Below are positions 25,886-34,973 of a stretch of 64,000 bases of DNA, piece after piece. Source of the stretch: Nitrospirota bacterium (GTDB lineage Bacteria > Nitrospirota > JACRHJ01); assembly GCA_049801375.1 (NCBI GenBank), contig JBARKJ010000046.1, forward strand, positions 3,204 to 67,203. Reading direction: 5' to 3'. A program made the translations under genes and the position numbers. The notes beneath the pieces were generated by a model, which was not told the DNA's origin, did not search any database, and saw only the letters and a list, made by a program, of their open reading frames with translations. Position 1 is the stretch's first letter. Each line of letters starts with the position of its first letter.

Positions 25886-26703
25886 TATATTCCCATTATG
25901 CAGATGCCGGACTTATCCGCCCCGGCTAAAAGTCTTTCCTTCTCGAGCATCAGCGTCTTACCGGCCTCGATTGCCAGTACCCGCGCCTTGCTGTCCCGCA
26001 TCGCCTCAAGCGTACGCATCCCGACCACCGGGACGTCGAAGCGCATGTCGTGGTCCTTCTTGCTCACCTTCACTATGACTATGCCGTCTTTGCCCAGTTC
26101 GCCAGCGCGCCTGATGCAGTTGTCCGTCCCTTCCACGGCCTCGACCGCGACTACGGATAAGTCTTTCACCGCTACGCTCTGGCCTATGTCGTGCTGGGCT
26201 ACCACCTTTGCCATCCGAAGACCGAACTCAACGTCTGCGGCCTGGGCCTTTGTCGGCCTGGATTTCGTCATCACCCCCGGCTCCGCCAGGAATGGCTTCA
26301 TGTAAAGAGTGGAATCAAGGAGTTCTATACCGTTTTTTTCCAGTTCGTCGGCGACGGCGCGCAGGATGGATTCACCCTTCTTGTCCGGAAGCGACGCCCA
26401 GAGTCTTGCGGCGGTCAGGTCGAGCTTTAAGAGGTCCGACGTGTACATCCTGCGCTTTATGACCTGACCGGCCATGACGGCTTTGGTGACGCCCTCTTTC
26501 TGAAAAGTTTTTATCAGCTTCCCGAGCTGCGTTATCGAGAGCCAGTGCACGCTGTCCGCTAACTCTTCGATGAGCGGGTCAGCTTCCTCCGAGAGCGCGC
26601 ACGCGACGACATAAAGCCCTTCGGCCTTCGCGTTGCCGGCCAAAATTAAGGGGAACTTCCCGTTCCCCGCGATTATGCCCAGCTTCTCCATATCCGCCGT
26701 CAC
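25885..26703 (-). CDS. lpxI: UDP-2,3-diacylglucosamine pyrophosphatase LpxI (DUF1009)
   Basis: 272 aa. MEKLGIIAGNGKFPLILAGNAKAEG... N-terminus and the lpxA-lpxI-lpxB gene order match LpxI organisms that lack LpxH. Confidence 0.75.
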   Translation of the reverse strand: MTADMEKLGIIAGNGKFPLILAGNAKAEGLYVVACALSEEADPLIEELADSVHWLSITQLGKLIKTFQKEGVTKAVMAGQVIKRRMYTSDLLKLDLTAARLWASLPDKKGESILRAVADELEKNGIELLDSTLYMKPFLAEPGVMTKSRPTKAQAADVEFGLRMAKVVAQHDIGQSVAVKDLSVVAVEAVEGTDNCIRRAGELGKDGIVIVKVSKKDHDMRFDVPVVGMRTLEAMRDSKARVLAIEAGKTLMLEKERLLAGADKSGICIMGI

Positions 26704-27476
26704 CTGCAGACGCCCCGTTCGGAAGAGGCGACGAAGTCGAGGAGCTTTTTCACTTCCGGGAAATTACCGTAACCGGCGGAGGCTTTCTCCACGGCGTCCT
26801 TTACAGTAAGGCCGCTCCGAAACAGTATCTGATACGCCTTCTTCAGCGCGGATATCGTCTCTTTTGAAAACCCTCTTCGCGAAAGGCCTATGGCGTTCAG
26901 GCCGTGCAGAGTAGCCCTGTTGCCGGTCGCGTTGACAAACGGCGGCACGTCCTGCGAGACGGCGGAGCATGCGCCTACCATGCTGTGCGCGCCGATCCTC
27001 ACGAACTGATGGAGCCCGGTAAGCCCGCCTATGATGGCGTGTTCCTCTATATGGACATGCCCGCCTATCTGCACGGAGTTCGCGATTATGACGTGGTTTC
27101 CGACATGGCAGTCGTGCGGGATGTGGGCGTAGACCATTATAAAGCAGTCGTCGCCTATTACCGTCGCGCCGCCGCCGCCTTCGGTGCCCCGGTTAATGGT
27201 GGTAAACTCGCGTATCCGGTTCCTGTTCCCGATGATGAGCTTTGACTTCTCGCCGCCGAACTTCAAGTCCTGCGGGATTTCTCCGATGGAGGCGGACTGG
27301 TATATCTCGTTGTCCTCGCCCATCTCGACGTATTGCCTTATTACGGCATGGGGGCCGATTTTTGACCTTGCGCCTATCGTCACGTTGTCCTCTATGACGG
27401 CATAGGGTCCTACGACAACGTCCTGGGCCAGGACCGCCCCGGGATGTACTAACGCGGTCGGATGTATATTTTGCAT
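26700..27476 (-). CDS. lpxA: Acyl-ACP:UDP-N-acetylglucosamine (or UDP-GlcNAc3N) acyltransferase
   Basis: 258 aa. Left-handed beta-helix hexapeptide repeats throughout (IHPTALVHPGAVLAQDVVVGPYAVIEDNVTIG...). Confidence 0.9.
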   Translation of the reverse strand: MQNIHPTALVHPGAVLAQDVVVGPYAVIEDNVTIGARSKIGPHAVIRQYVEMGEDNEIYQSASIGEIPQDLKFGGEKSKLIIGNRNRIREFTTINRGTEGGGGATVIGDDCFIMVYAHIPHDCHVGNHVIIANSVQIGGHVHIEEHAIIGGLTGLHQFVRIGAHSMVGACSAVSQDVPPFVNATGNRATLHGLNAIGLSRRGFSKETISALKKAYQILFRSGLTVKDAVEKASAGYGNFPEVKKLLDFVASSERGVCR

Positions 27477-27485
27477 GAAGAGAGC

Positions 27486-27914
27486 CTATTCTTTCGTGGT
27501 CATGGCCATGAACTCGGCCTCGCAGACTACCTTGCCGTCGACCTTAGCCTCGCCTTTGAACTTATAGACCTTGCCCCTGACCTGGAGCGGCTCCACTTCG
27601 AGCACGAGCTGGTCGCCGGGGACAACCGGCTTTCTGAACTTCACCTTGTCTATGCTCATGAAGTAGACCATATTGTCATCGGACTCCACGGTCTTGTGGA
27701 CCAGTATACCCGACGCCTGCGCCAACGCCTCGACAATCAGTACGCCCGGCATTATCGGCTTTCCGGGGAAATGCCCCTGGAAGAAATGCTCGTCGAAGGA
27801 GACGTTTTTTATGGCGACCAGCCTCTTGCCCGGCTCGATCTCAAGCACCCTGTCCACGAATAGGAAGGGGTAGCGATGAGGCAGTATTTTCTGAATCTCG
27901 ATGATGTCCAGCAT
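27486..27914 (-). CDS. fabZ: 3-hydroxyacyl-ACP dehydratase
   Basis: The track ORF extends to 28016. The start was set at Met35 ([23 protein letters not shown]..., the canonical FabZ N-terminus). [19 protein letters not shown] hot-dog active site. Confidence 0.9.
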   Translation of the reverse strand: MLDIIEIQKILPHRYPFLFVDRVLEIEPGKRLVAIKNVSFDEHFFQGHFPGKPIMPGVLIVEALAQASGILVHKTVESDDNMVYFMSIDKVKFRKPVVPGDQLVLEVEPLQVRGKVYKFKGEAKVDGKVVCEAEFMAMTTKE

Positions 27915-27928
27915 TAGCCCTCCGTCCG

Positions 27929-28942
27929 CTAATTTTTTTCCAGCTTCTTCTCCAGGTCCAATATCCGCTTCCGATACTCCGGCAGCTTCCTGAGCGCGGC
28001 CTGCATCTTGAGCCATTCGGCGTGCGGAGCCGCCGGCGAGCCGCTATAGACCTGCCCCGCCTCCACGTCGTTCATCACGCCCGACTTCGCGCCGATCTGC
28101 GCGCCGTCCCCAATCTTTATATGGCCCACCAAGCCAGTCTGTCCCCCGATCACCACCCGGCGCCCCACTTCCGTGCTGCCGGATACGCCGACCTGGGCGA
28201 CTAATATCGAGTCCTCGCCGATTAAGACATTGTGTCCGACCTGGACGAGGTTGTCTATCTTGGTCCCACGCCCGATGATGGTATCCCCCAGCGCGCCCCG
28301 GTCGATTGTAGAGTTCGCGCCGACCTCCACGTCGTCCTCGATGACCACGCCGCCGATCTGTGGGATTTTGAAGCGCTTTCCTGCGTCCGTCGCGTAGCCG
28401 AAGCCGTCAGCGCCAATGACCACCCCGCCGTGTATTATCACGCGGTCGCCTATCCTCACTTTTTCGCGGATGACCACGTTGGGATAGATTATGCAGTCCG
28501 CGCCTACCGACGAGCCTTTTCCGACATAGACCCCCGGATAAAGGACGGTCCGGTCGCCGATTTTCGCGCCCGCCTCTACGAACACATTGGAATAAATTGC
28601 CGCGTCCAGTCCAATCGATGCTTCCGAGTTGACTTTTGCGCCGTCCATGATGCCCTTTGGAACTTCAGTCTTCGGGGTGAACAGCGTCAGCAGTTTGGCG
28701 AAGGCAAGATAAGGGTTTTTCGTGCGGAGGCAGGGCCTGCCTCCGACGTCCACTCCCGGCGCGGCTATGACGGCCGAGGCGCGGGTGTCGGATAATTCCT
28801 TCGCATGCTTCATGCTGGTAATAAAGGTAATCTCGCCAGGGCCTGCCGCTTTTAAGCTGGCTAAGCCCTTTATCCGGACCTGGGAATCACCTTCCGCCTG
28901 CGCCCCGACGGCGTCGGCTAATTCTTGAAGTGTCCTGTCCAT
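27929..28942 (-). CDS. lpxD: UDP-3-O-acylglucosamine N-acyltransferase
   Basis: 337 aa. N-terminal uridine-binding domain followed by hexapeptide repeats; lpxD-fabZ-lpxA order. Confidence 0.9.
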   Translation of the reverse strand: MDRTLQELADAVGAQAEGDSQVRIKGLASLKAAGPGEITFITSMKHAKELSDTRASAVIAAPGVDVGGRPCLRTKNPYLAFAKLLTLFTPKTEVPKGIMDGAKVNSEASIGLDAAIYSNVFVEAGAKIGDRTVLYPGVYVGKGSSVGADCIIYPNVVIREKVRIGDRVIIHGGVVIGADGFGYATDAGKRFKIPQIGGVVIEDDVEVGANSTIDRGALGDTIIGRGTKIDNLVQVGHNVLIGEDSILVAQVGVSGSTEVGRRVVIGGQTGLVGHIKIGDGAQIGAKSGVMNDVEAGQVYSGSPAAPHAEWLKMQAALRKLPEYRKRILDLEKKLEKN

Positions 28943-29499
28943 TATTTTTTAGGTTTGCTTTCGCCGGTTTCTTTGGTGTCGTCGTAAGCCTTGATTATCT
29001 TGTCCGTAATATCAACCGCCTCCGGGGCGTACAGCACTACGGAACGGTCGAGGATGAGGGTATAGCCCTCTTCCTTGCCGAACTTATTTATGACGGCGGT
29101 GACTTCGTCAAACATCTTGTTCGCCATCTCTTCTTTCTTCTTGGACAGTTCATCTTCGGAATCGGACCCGAACCTCTGGTAGTCCTTGTACGCCCTCTGG
29201 AGTTTGTCCTGCCTGCGGCTCCTCTCGTCCGCGGAGATTACGGCGGACTGCTTATCAAGCTCTTCCTGCATCTTCTGTATCTCTTCCTTCCGCTGCTCTA
29301 TCTGGGCCTGCTTTTCTTTGACCAGGTTCTCCAGCGTCTTCAGCGCCTGCTTGCCCGCTTTTGAATCCGACTGCACCTTGCGGAGGTTTATATATCCCAG
29401 TTTAATCTCCGCAGCGGACGACACACTGCAGAACATTGCCGCAAGGACAAGCGCCGCGGTTGTTGCCACTATTATCTTCCTCATCCTCTTGACCTCCAT
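28942..29499 (-). CDS. skp: Periplasmic chaperone Skp (OmpH family)
   Basis: 185 aa. Signal peptide [24 protein letters not shown] followed by a Lys/Glu/Gln-rich coiled-coil (OmpH). Sits between bamA and lpxD. Confidence 0.8.
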   Translation of the reverse strand: MEVKRMRKIIVATTAALVLAAMFCSVSSAAEIKLGYINLRKVQSDSKAGKQALKTLENLVKEKQAQIEQRKEEIQKMQEELDKQSAVISADERSRRQDKLQRAYKDYQRFGSDSEDELSKKKEEMANKMFDEVTAVINKFGKEEGYTLILDRSVVLYAPEAVDITDKIIKAYDDTKETGESKPKK

Positions 29500-29502
29500 T
29501 TT

Positions 29503-31827
29503 TTAGAACATCGACCCCATGGAAAATTCAAATTTTCCAGATCTATCACCCAGCTGCTTGTTAAGGACGTAACCATACTCGAGCCTGATAAGCCCCATTG
29601 GAGAAGTCCACCTTAAACCGGCGCCGGCGGTATATTTCAGCTTGCTTAAATCGAAACCCTCGCCGTCGTCGAAAGCCCGTCCGGCGTCCACGAAGGTCAC
29701 GCCCCTGAGTTTTACGGCGGGGAACAGCGGGAAAGTGTATTCTCCGTTGAATACTAATTCTTTATTGCCGCCCTTCGGGTCTCCGAGCGGCGATATCGAA
29801 ACGGACTTGGGGACTATGGGTTCCAGTTTCACAATCGGAAAACGCGGGCCTGCGGTGCCCCAGTCAAGGCCCCGCACGGTGTCGATGCCGCCGACAAAGA
29901 ACCTCTCGTTTAACGGGATCGGACGCCCCTGCAATCCCGCGGCATATCCGGCCCTGCCGTGAATGGAAAACGCGGTGTCGAAGTAGAACGGGAAGTACCA
30001 GGTGCTGTCGCCTACCATCTTATAAAATGCGTTATCGCCGCCGAGAAAGGTCGCGGCGTACTCAGCGTATATCGAGTTGTTGCTTCCCCGCCTGGGGTCC
30101 AGGTAGTTGTCTCTGCTGTCCCGGTAGAAATTGACCCCGAATTTGCCGGTGGTCTTAAACTCCTGGCTCTGCTGGAAGAGGGGGCTGGTCGCTATTGAGT
30201 TATCCACGTCGAAATAGTTCTCGGAGGACCAGGAATAGGAACCGGTTATGCCCCAGTAATCCAGGAAACGACGGCCAAGACTCAGGCTCGCGCCGGCGGA
30301 TTTGTCCGAATAGCCGGTATAAGTCCTTTGATCTTTAAAGAGGTCTATGCGGAGCGATACGGGCCTGTTCAGAAGCCACGGCTCCAGGAAGCTTACGTCG
30401 AAGTCCTGCGTGCGCGCGCCGAACTCTCCCTTGAACTTAAGCATTTCGCCGAGTCCCAGGAAGTTGTTCTGCGTGATCTCGCCTATTCCCACCAGCCTGT
30501 CTATCGTGCTGTACCCGCCGCCGATGCTGAAGGAGCCGGTGGATTTCTCCTTAACCTTGACGTTTAAGTCCACCGTGTCCTTCTGTTCCTTCCTGTCGGG
30601 GACGATCTGCACGTCCTCGAAGAAGTCCAGGTTCTTGAGCCTTTCGTAGCTCCGTTTCAGACTGGTGGTATCGTATATCTCGCCCTCGTCGAACTTAAGC
30701 TCGCGCCGTATTATCTTGTCCCGCGTCTTTACGTTCCCGGAGATGTTTATCCTGTTCACGAATATCTGGTCGCCCTCGCTTACCTCCAGCGTAACGTCCA
30801 CCAGCCTCTTCTCGGCGTTCGGCTTAATGACCGGGGAGATCGAGGCGAACGCATAGCCCTTTGAGCCGTACATGTCGGTAAGGGCGACTACGTCGTCTTT
30901 CATCAGGTCCCGGTTCATGATCTCGCCCGGCTTGCTCTTGACCTTGGCCATCAGTTCCTTGCCGGTAAAGACTTTGTTGCCGGAGACGTCAATCGTACCG
31001 TAGCGGAACTGTTCGCCCTCATGGATGGGTATGGTGATGGAGAGGCTTTTCTTGTCCGCGGACAGGTCCACCTTGGGCTCGCCGACGTTTACCTGGATGT
31101 AGCCGTTGTTGTAATAAAGGCCCTTTATCCTGTCGATGTCCTGGGAGAGGTCCACCACCTTGTACGTCCCGGTCTTCATAATCCAGGACCAGAGCGTAAT
31201 GTATTTTTTGGTGGACATGACCTTCTTTATTTTTTTGGCGCTGATCTTTTCGTTCCCGATGAAGGTAACTTTACTTATGCGTACCTTATCGCCCTCTTTT
31301 ATCTGGTATATTACCCGCACGTCCCTCTTCGTCTCTTTTAGTACCGGGAGGACCTGCGCGTTGTAATATCCCTCGTCCTGGTAGAAAAGCCGGAGCTTCT
31401 CCGCGTTCTCTTCCACCAGCGACGGATTATATATTGAATAAGCCGTGAGGTTTACCTTCTCCCGGAGTTTCGTGCTCTCAAGTTTTTTGTTCCCCTCGAA
31501 ATTGAACGACGCGAGAATCGGCCGCTCGACGACGGTGAACGTCAGCCTGAGTCCCCCCTGATAACCCTCCGCGTCCACCTTTATATCGCTGAAATATCCC
31601 ATCCGGTAGATGTTCGCCACGTCCTGGCGGACCTTGGACGGGACAAAAAGGTCCCCGACCTTAAGAGACATCTTCGAGCGGATGGTATCGGTCTCGACCT
31701 TCTTGTTACCCACTATCTGGATATCGGTTACCTTGGCCGCTTCATCGGCGAAAACCGGGAGAGCGAGAGCTAATAGGTAAATGGAGAAGGTTAAGAACAG
31801 AAATTTTCTAATGCGGGGAAAACCCAA
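29503..31827 (-). CDS. bamA: Outer membrane protein assembly factor BamA
   Basis: The track ORF extends to 31923. A TTG start at 31827 is preferred, because it is preceded by AAGGAGG at 6-nt spacing and yields a classic signal peptide MGFPRIRKFLFLTFSIYLLALALPVFA. POTRA repeats and a C-terminal beta-barrel ending ...FEFSMGSMF. Confidence 0.85.
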   Translation of the reverse strand: MGFPRIRKFLFLTFSIYLLALALPVFADEAAKVTDIQIVGNKKVETDTIRSKMSLKVGDLFVPSKVRQDVANIYRMGYFSDIKVDAEGYQGGLRLTFTVVERPILASFNFEGNKKLESTKLREKVNLTAYSIYNPSLVEENAEKLRLFYQDEGYYNAQVLPVLKETKRDVRVIYQIKEGDKVRISKVTFIGNEKISAKKIKKVMSTKKYITLWSWIMKTGTYKVVDLSQDIDRIKGLYYNNGYIQVNVGEPKVDLSADKKSLSITIPIHEGEQFRYGTIDVSGNKVFTGKELMAKVKSKPGEIMNRDLMKDDVVALTDMYGSKGYAFASISPVIKPNAEKRLVDVTLEVSEGDQIFVNRINISGNVKTRDKIIRRELKFDEGEIYDTTSLKRSYERLKNLDFFEDVQIVPDRKEQKDTVDLNVKVKEKSTGSFSIGGGYSTIDRLVGIGEITQNNFLGLGEMLKFKGEFGARTQDFDVSFLEPWLLNRPVSLRIDLFKDQRTYTGYSDKSAGASLSLGRRFLDYWGITGSYSWSSENYFDVDNSIATSPLFQQSQEFKTTGKFGVNFYRDSRDNYLDPRRGSNNSIYAEYAATFLGGDNAFYKMVGDSTWYFPFYFDTAFSIHGRAGYAAGLQGRPIPLNERFFVGGIDTVRGLDWGTAGPRFPIVKLEPIVPKSVSISPLGDPKGGNKELVFNGEYTFPLFPAVKLRGVTFVDAGRAFDDGEGFDLSKLKYTAGAGLRWTSPMGLIRLEYGYVLNKQLGDRSGKFEFSMGSMF

Positions 31828-31865
31828 AAATCGCCTCCTTGATACTCGCCCTTTTAAAGTGCCAT

Positions 31866-31895
31866 AATATAGCACTACGGCCATGACGCTGTAAA
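31866..31895 (-). promoter_or_regulatory. Putative sigma70-type promoter for bamA (-35 TTTACA, 18-nt spacer, -10 TATATT)
   Basis: Read on the minus strand, this lies in the 79-nt gap between the hemW stop and the bamA SD/TTG start. Confidence 0.3.
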
Positions 31896-31906
31896 CAAAA
31901 AAATTC

Positions 31907-33031
31907 TTAGAAAAACTCCGCAATTACCCGGTTTGAGGCTAGGACTCCGCGCATCGTCAGGAAGGCTTTGCCCTCGCTTATGACCATATATCCAGCATCC
32001 GCCATTTTCATGGCTATTGAACCATATTCATCCAGAAAATCCTTCCCGAATCTTGTTTCGTATTCTTCCAGCGAAAACCCGTCGCTCTTCCTTAAACCAA
32101 GCATCAGGAATTCCCGTTCCCGCTCCCCGGGTGTCAGGACCTCAGAGGACTCCGCCGGGCTTTCTCCCTTTTCCAGCCTTTCGATATACCGGGCGATATC
32201 CGGAACATTCCAGGCGGCATGGCCTTCAGCCCGCGAATGCGCGCCCGCGCCGAAACCGATAAAATCGCACGCGGACCAGTAGTTCAGGTTATGCGCGCAC
32301 TCATGGCCGGGGCGGGCGAAATTGGAAATCTCGTAACGCGCGTATCCGGCTTCCGAAAGCCGGCTGACCGCCTGGAGATACATCTCCACCTGCACCGTCT
32401 CCGGCGGAAGGGTCAGAAGTCCGGCCTTCTGCATCGCGTGAAACTCCGTCCCCTCCTCTATGGACAGGTCGTACAGGGAGATGTGTTCGGGTGAAAGGCT
32501 GATGGCTTCGTCGAGCGAATTCTGCCACCGCTTCATGTCCTGCCCGGGAAGCGAGTAGATGAGGTCGATGCTGATGTTATCTATCCCGGACGCCCGCAGT
32601 TCGTCCACGGCCCGCTTTATCTCACCCGGGCCGTGTATCCTCCCCAGCGTCCGAAGCTCCTCCGGGTCGAACGATTGCGCGCCCAGGCTTACCCTGTTCA
32701 CCCCGAGGGCCTGAAGCGCGGAAAAATCAATGTGTCCCAGTGCACCGGGGTTCGCTTCGACGGTTAACTCCGTGCCTGCCTCCGGGTTGAAATATTCTCC
32801 GATGCCCTCCAGCAGGAGGCGCAGGCTTTCCATCGGCAGGACCGTGGGCGTGCCGCCGCCGACGTAAATGCTTAAAGGGTCTATTCCGATGCCCCGCATC
32901 CGCATCTCTTTCAAGATGGCCAGGACATATTTCTTCGCTATTTCTTTATCGAACGGGATGGAATTGAAGGAGCAGTAACGGCACTTGCGGACGCAGAAAG
33001 GGATGTGGAAATAAAGCCCGGCCTTCTTCAA
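31907..33031 (-). CDS. hemW: Radical SAM heme chaperone HemW (coproporphyrinogen III oxidase-like, HemN paralog)
   Basis: The track ORF extends to 33106. A TTG start at 33031 (L26, TTGA overlap with the upstream GNAT stop) gives MKKAGLYFHIPFCVRKCRYCSF, matching HemW LYIHIPWCVQKCPYCDF (CxxxCxxC). Confidence 0.8.
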   Translation of the reverse strand: MKKAGLYFHIPFCVRKCRYCSFNSIPFDKEIAKKYVLAILKEMRMRGIGIDPLSIYVGGGTPTVLPMESLRLLLEGIGEYFNPEAGTELTVEANPGALGHIDFSALQALGVNRVSLGAQSFDPEELRTLGRIHGPGEIKRAVDELRASGIDNISIDLIYSLPGQDMKRWQNSLDEAISLSPEHISLYDLSIEEGTEFHAMQKAGLLTLPPETVQVEMYLQAVSRLSEAGYARYEISNFARPGHECAHNLNYWSACDFIGFGAGAHSRAEGHAAWNVPDIARYIERLEKGESPAESSEVLTPGEREREFLMLGLRKSDGFSLEEYETRFGKDFLDEYGSIAMKMADAGYMVISEGKAFLTMRGVLASNRVIAEFF

Positions 33032-33486
33032 TCGAGCTTCAGGGTCATCGCTGTCTCGTTGCACTCGTCGGGATACTTGACGCACTTGTTCCGGCACTCG
33101 GTCCATACCTTCTGCGGGAGGTCGTTTTTGCTGGCCTTACGGAAACCGATTTTATCGAAGAATTCCTGGACGTACGTCAGGACGAAGACTTCCTTAACCC
33201 CCATCTCGGCGGCCTCTTCCATGCAGGCCCGGACCAGTTTTTTTCCTATGCCCTTCCCGATATGCTCCGGCGCGACCGCAACCGACCTCAGCTCGCCAAG
33301 GCCTTCCCAGCCGACATGGAGCGCGGCCACGCCTATGACTTTTCCGTTTTTTTCATAGACGCTGAAATCGCGGATGGAGTCGTACAGCTCGCCAAGCGCC
33401 CTGGGGAGCATCTCTCCCTTTTCGGCGTAGCGGTTGACCAAGTCCTTTATGACTTTTACGTCCTGGATTCGCGCTTTTCGTATCAT
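33028..33486 (-). CDS. GNAT-family N-acetyltransferase (short ArgA-like amino-acid N-acetyltransferase)
   Basis: 152 aa. ...VAVAPEHIGKGIGKKLVRACMEEAAEMGVKEVFVLT (acetyl-CoA binding Q/RxxGxG/A motif). Confidence 0.7.
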   Translation of the reverse strand: MIRKARIQDVKVIKDLVNRYAEKGEMLPRALGELYDSIRDFSVYEKNGKVIGVAALHVGWEGLGELRSVAVAPEHIGKGIGKKLVRACMEEAAEMGVKEVFVLTYVQEFFDKIGFRKASKNDLPQKVWTECRNKCVKYPDECNETAMTLKLD

Positions 33487-34022
33487 CAGCCGACCTGAGA
33501 AAAGCCCTTTTCGAGCGCGGATATGTTCGCGGTAAGGAGATGCCTGTTCCTGGGTGGGAGCGATTCTTCGAGGGCCTTCATTACATGGCCGATGGAGGCC
33601 GCGCCGGAGACCTTCAAGTATGCGCCGAGCAGGACCATGTTGACCACGCGCGGGTTTCCTATTTCCTCCGCTATCTCGTTCGCGGCTACATTAAGTACCT
33701 TTCTGCCCGGCCTCTTGACGACCGTCTTGACGAGAGAGGAATTCAGGATTATGAACCCGCCGCGCCCGACCTTATCGGAGAACTTGACGGCGGAGGCCTC
33801 GTTCATGGCGATGAGCGCGCCGGGGCTGTCCACCACCGGAGAGCCGATCTCTTCATCGGATATTATTACGGTGCAGTTGGCGGTGCCGCCGCGCATCTCC
33901 GCGCCGTATGAAGGGAACCATGTCACATGCTTCCCGCCCAGCATCCCCGCCCACGCCAGGAGCTTGCCTGCCAGCAGGACTCCCTGGCCGCCGAAGCCCG
34001 CAATTAATACGTCGCTTTTCAC
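33486..34022 (-). CDS. 2-oxoacid:ferredoxin oxidoreductase gamma subunit
   Basis: The long track ORF (351 aa) is spurious upstream. A GTG start at 34022 (GTGA overlap with the beta-subunit stop) gives MKSDVLIAGFGGQGVLLAGKLLAWAGMLGGKHVTWFPSYGAEMRGG..., a typical gamma-subunit N-terminus. Confidence 0.75.
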   Translation of the reverse strand: MKSDVLIAGFGGQGVLLAGKLLAWAGMLGGKHVTWFPSYGAEMRGGTANCTVIISDEEIGSPVVDSPGALIAMNEASAVKFSDKVGRGGFIILNSSLVKTVVKRPGRKVLNVAANEIAEEIGNPRVVNMVLLGAYLKVSGAASIGHVMKALEESLPPRNRHLLTANISALEKGFSQVG

Positions 34023-34765
34023 AGACGTTTCCCGCCGTCTTTGAATACCTTCACCGGGAAAACATCCTGCATCGGCCCGGCCACCCATTCCATCGCCTTC
34101 AGGGGGTCCATCCCCCAGTTCGTCGGGCACAGCGAGAGGACCTCGACGAAAGTAAAACCCTTGCCCGCAAGCTGGTACTCGAAGGCCTTCCTTATGGCGT
34201 TCTTCGTCTTGACGACGTTTTTCTTGCTGTCTATCGCGGTGCGCTCCACGTAATACGGCGCCTCCAGCGTCGCTATCATCTCCGCCGCCCGCAGGGGATA
34301 TCCGTCCTCTTCGGGTTTTCTGCCCCTTGGAGTCGTGGTAGTTTTCTGGTTTATCAATGTCGTGGGGGCCATCTGGCCGCCGGTCATCCCGTATGTCGCG
34401 TTGTTCACGAATATGACCGTGAAGTTCTCGCCCCTGTTGGCGGCGTGTATAATCTCCGCGGTCCCGATGGCGGCAAGGTCCCCGTCGCCCTGGTAGCTGA
34501 ATATCAGCCTGTCCGGGAGGACCCGTTTCATCCCGGTGCATGCCGCCGGGGGCCGTCCGTGGGCGACTTCGAGCATATCGAAATTAAAATAGTCGTAAGC
34601 GAACACGGCGCATCCGACGGGCGCGATGCCGATGGTCTTTCCGCGCATCCCCAAATCGTCTATCGCCTGGGCGATCATCCTGTGCAGAGTGCCGTGGCTG
34701 CAACCCGGACAGAATCGAAACGGCGCGGGCTTCAAGGACTTCGGCCTTACGGAAATCTGCTTCAA
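34019..34765 (-). CDS. 2-oxoacid:ferredoxin oxidoreductase beta subunit (TPP-binding)
   Basis: 248 aa. FCPGCSHG (N-terminal Cys motif of the OFOR beta subunit), and the GDGD...NN TPP-binding motif (SYQGDGDLAAIG...IFVNNATYGMTGGQ). Confidence 0.8.
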   Translation of the reverse strand: MKQISVRPKSLKPAPFRFCPGCSHGTLHRMIAQAIDDLGMRGKTIGIAPVGCAVFAYDYFNFDMLEVAHGRPPAACTGMKRVLPDRLIFSYQGDGDLAAIGTAEIIHAANRGENFTVIFVNNATYGMTGGQMAPTTLINQKTTTTPRGRKPEEDGYPLRAAEMIATLEAPYYVERTAIDSKKNVVKTKNAIRKAFEYQLAGKGFTFVEVLSLCPTNWGMDPLKAMEWVAGPMQDVFPVKVFKDGGKRL

Positions 34766-34849
34766 TAATACCTCAAGTAAATGGTGCTCATGACGGGGAA
34801 CGAGTTGGAACAGCCTCTAAAGTGTCCCGTGTTCTGCTATAATTTTATC

Positions 34850-34879
34850 TTGACAAACCGTCGGACGCTCTGTTAATTT
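34850..34879 (+). promoter_or_regulatory. Putative sigma70 promoter for tRNA-Phe (-35 TTGACA, ~18-nt spacer, extended -10 TGtTAATTT)
   Basis: The -10 ends ~11 nt upstream of tRNA +1. Confidence 0.35.
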
Positions 34880-34890
34880 ATTGACCTCGT

Positions 34891-34966
34891 GCCGAGGTAG
34901 CTCAGATGGTAGAGCAGAGGCCTGAAAAGCCTCGTGTCCGCAGTTCGATTCTGCGCCTCGGCACCA
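34891..34966 (+). tRNA. tRNA-Phe (anticodon GAA), with encoded 3' CCA
   Basis: GCCGAGGTAGCTCAGATGGTAGAGCAGAGGCCTGAAAAGCCTCGTGTCCGCAGTTCGATTCTGCGCCTCGGCACCA. The 7-bp acceptor stem GCCGAGG/CCTCGGC, D-loop AGCTCAGATGGTAGAGC, anticodon loop CTGAAAA and T-loop GTTCGATTC are all canonical. Confidence 0.9.
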
Positions 34967-34973
34967 TTTTTTC

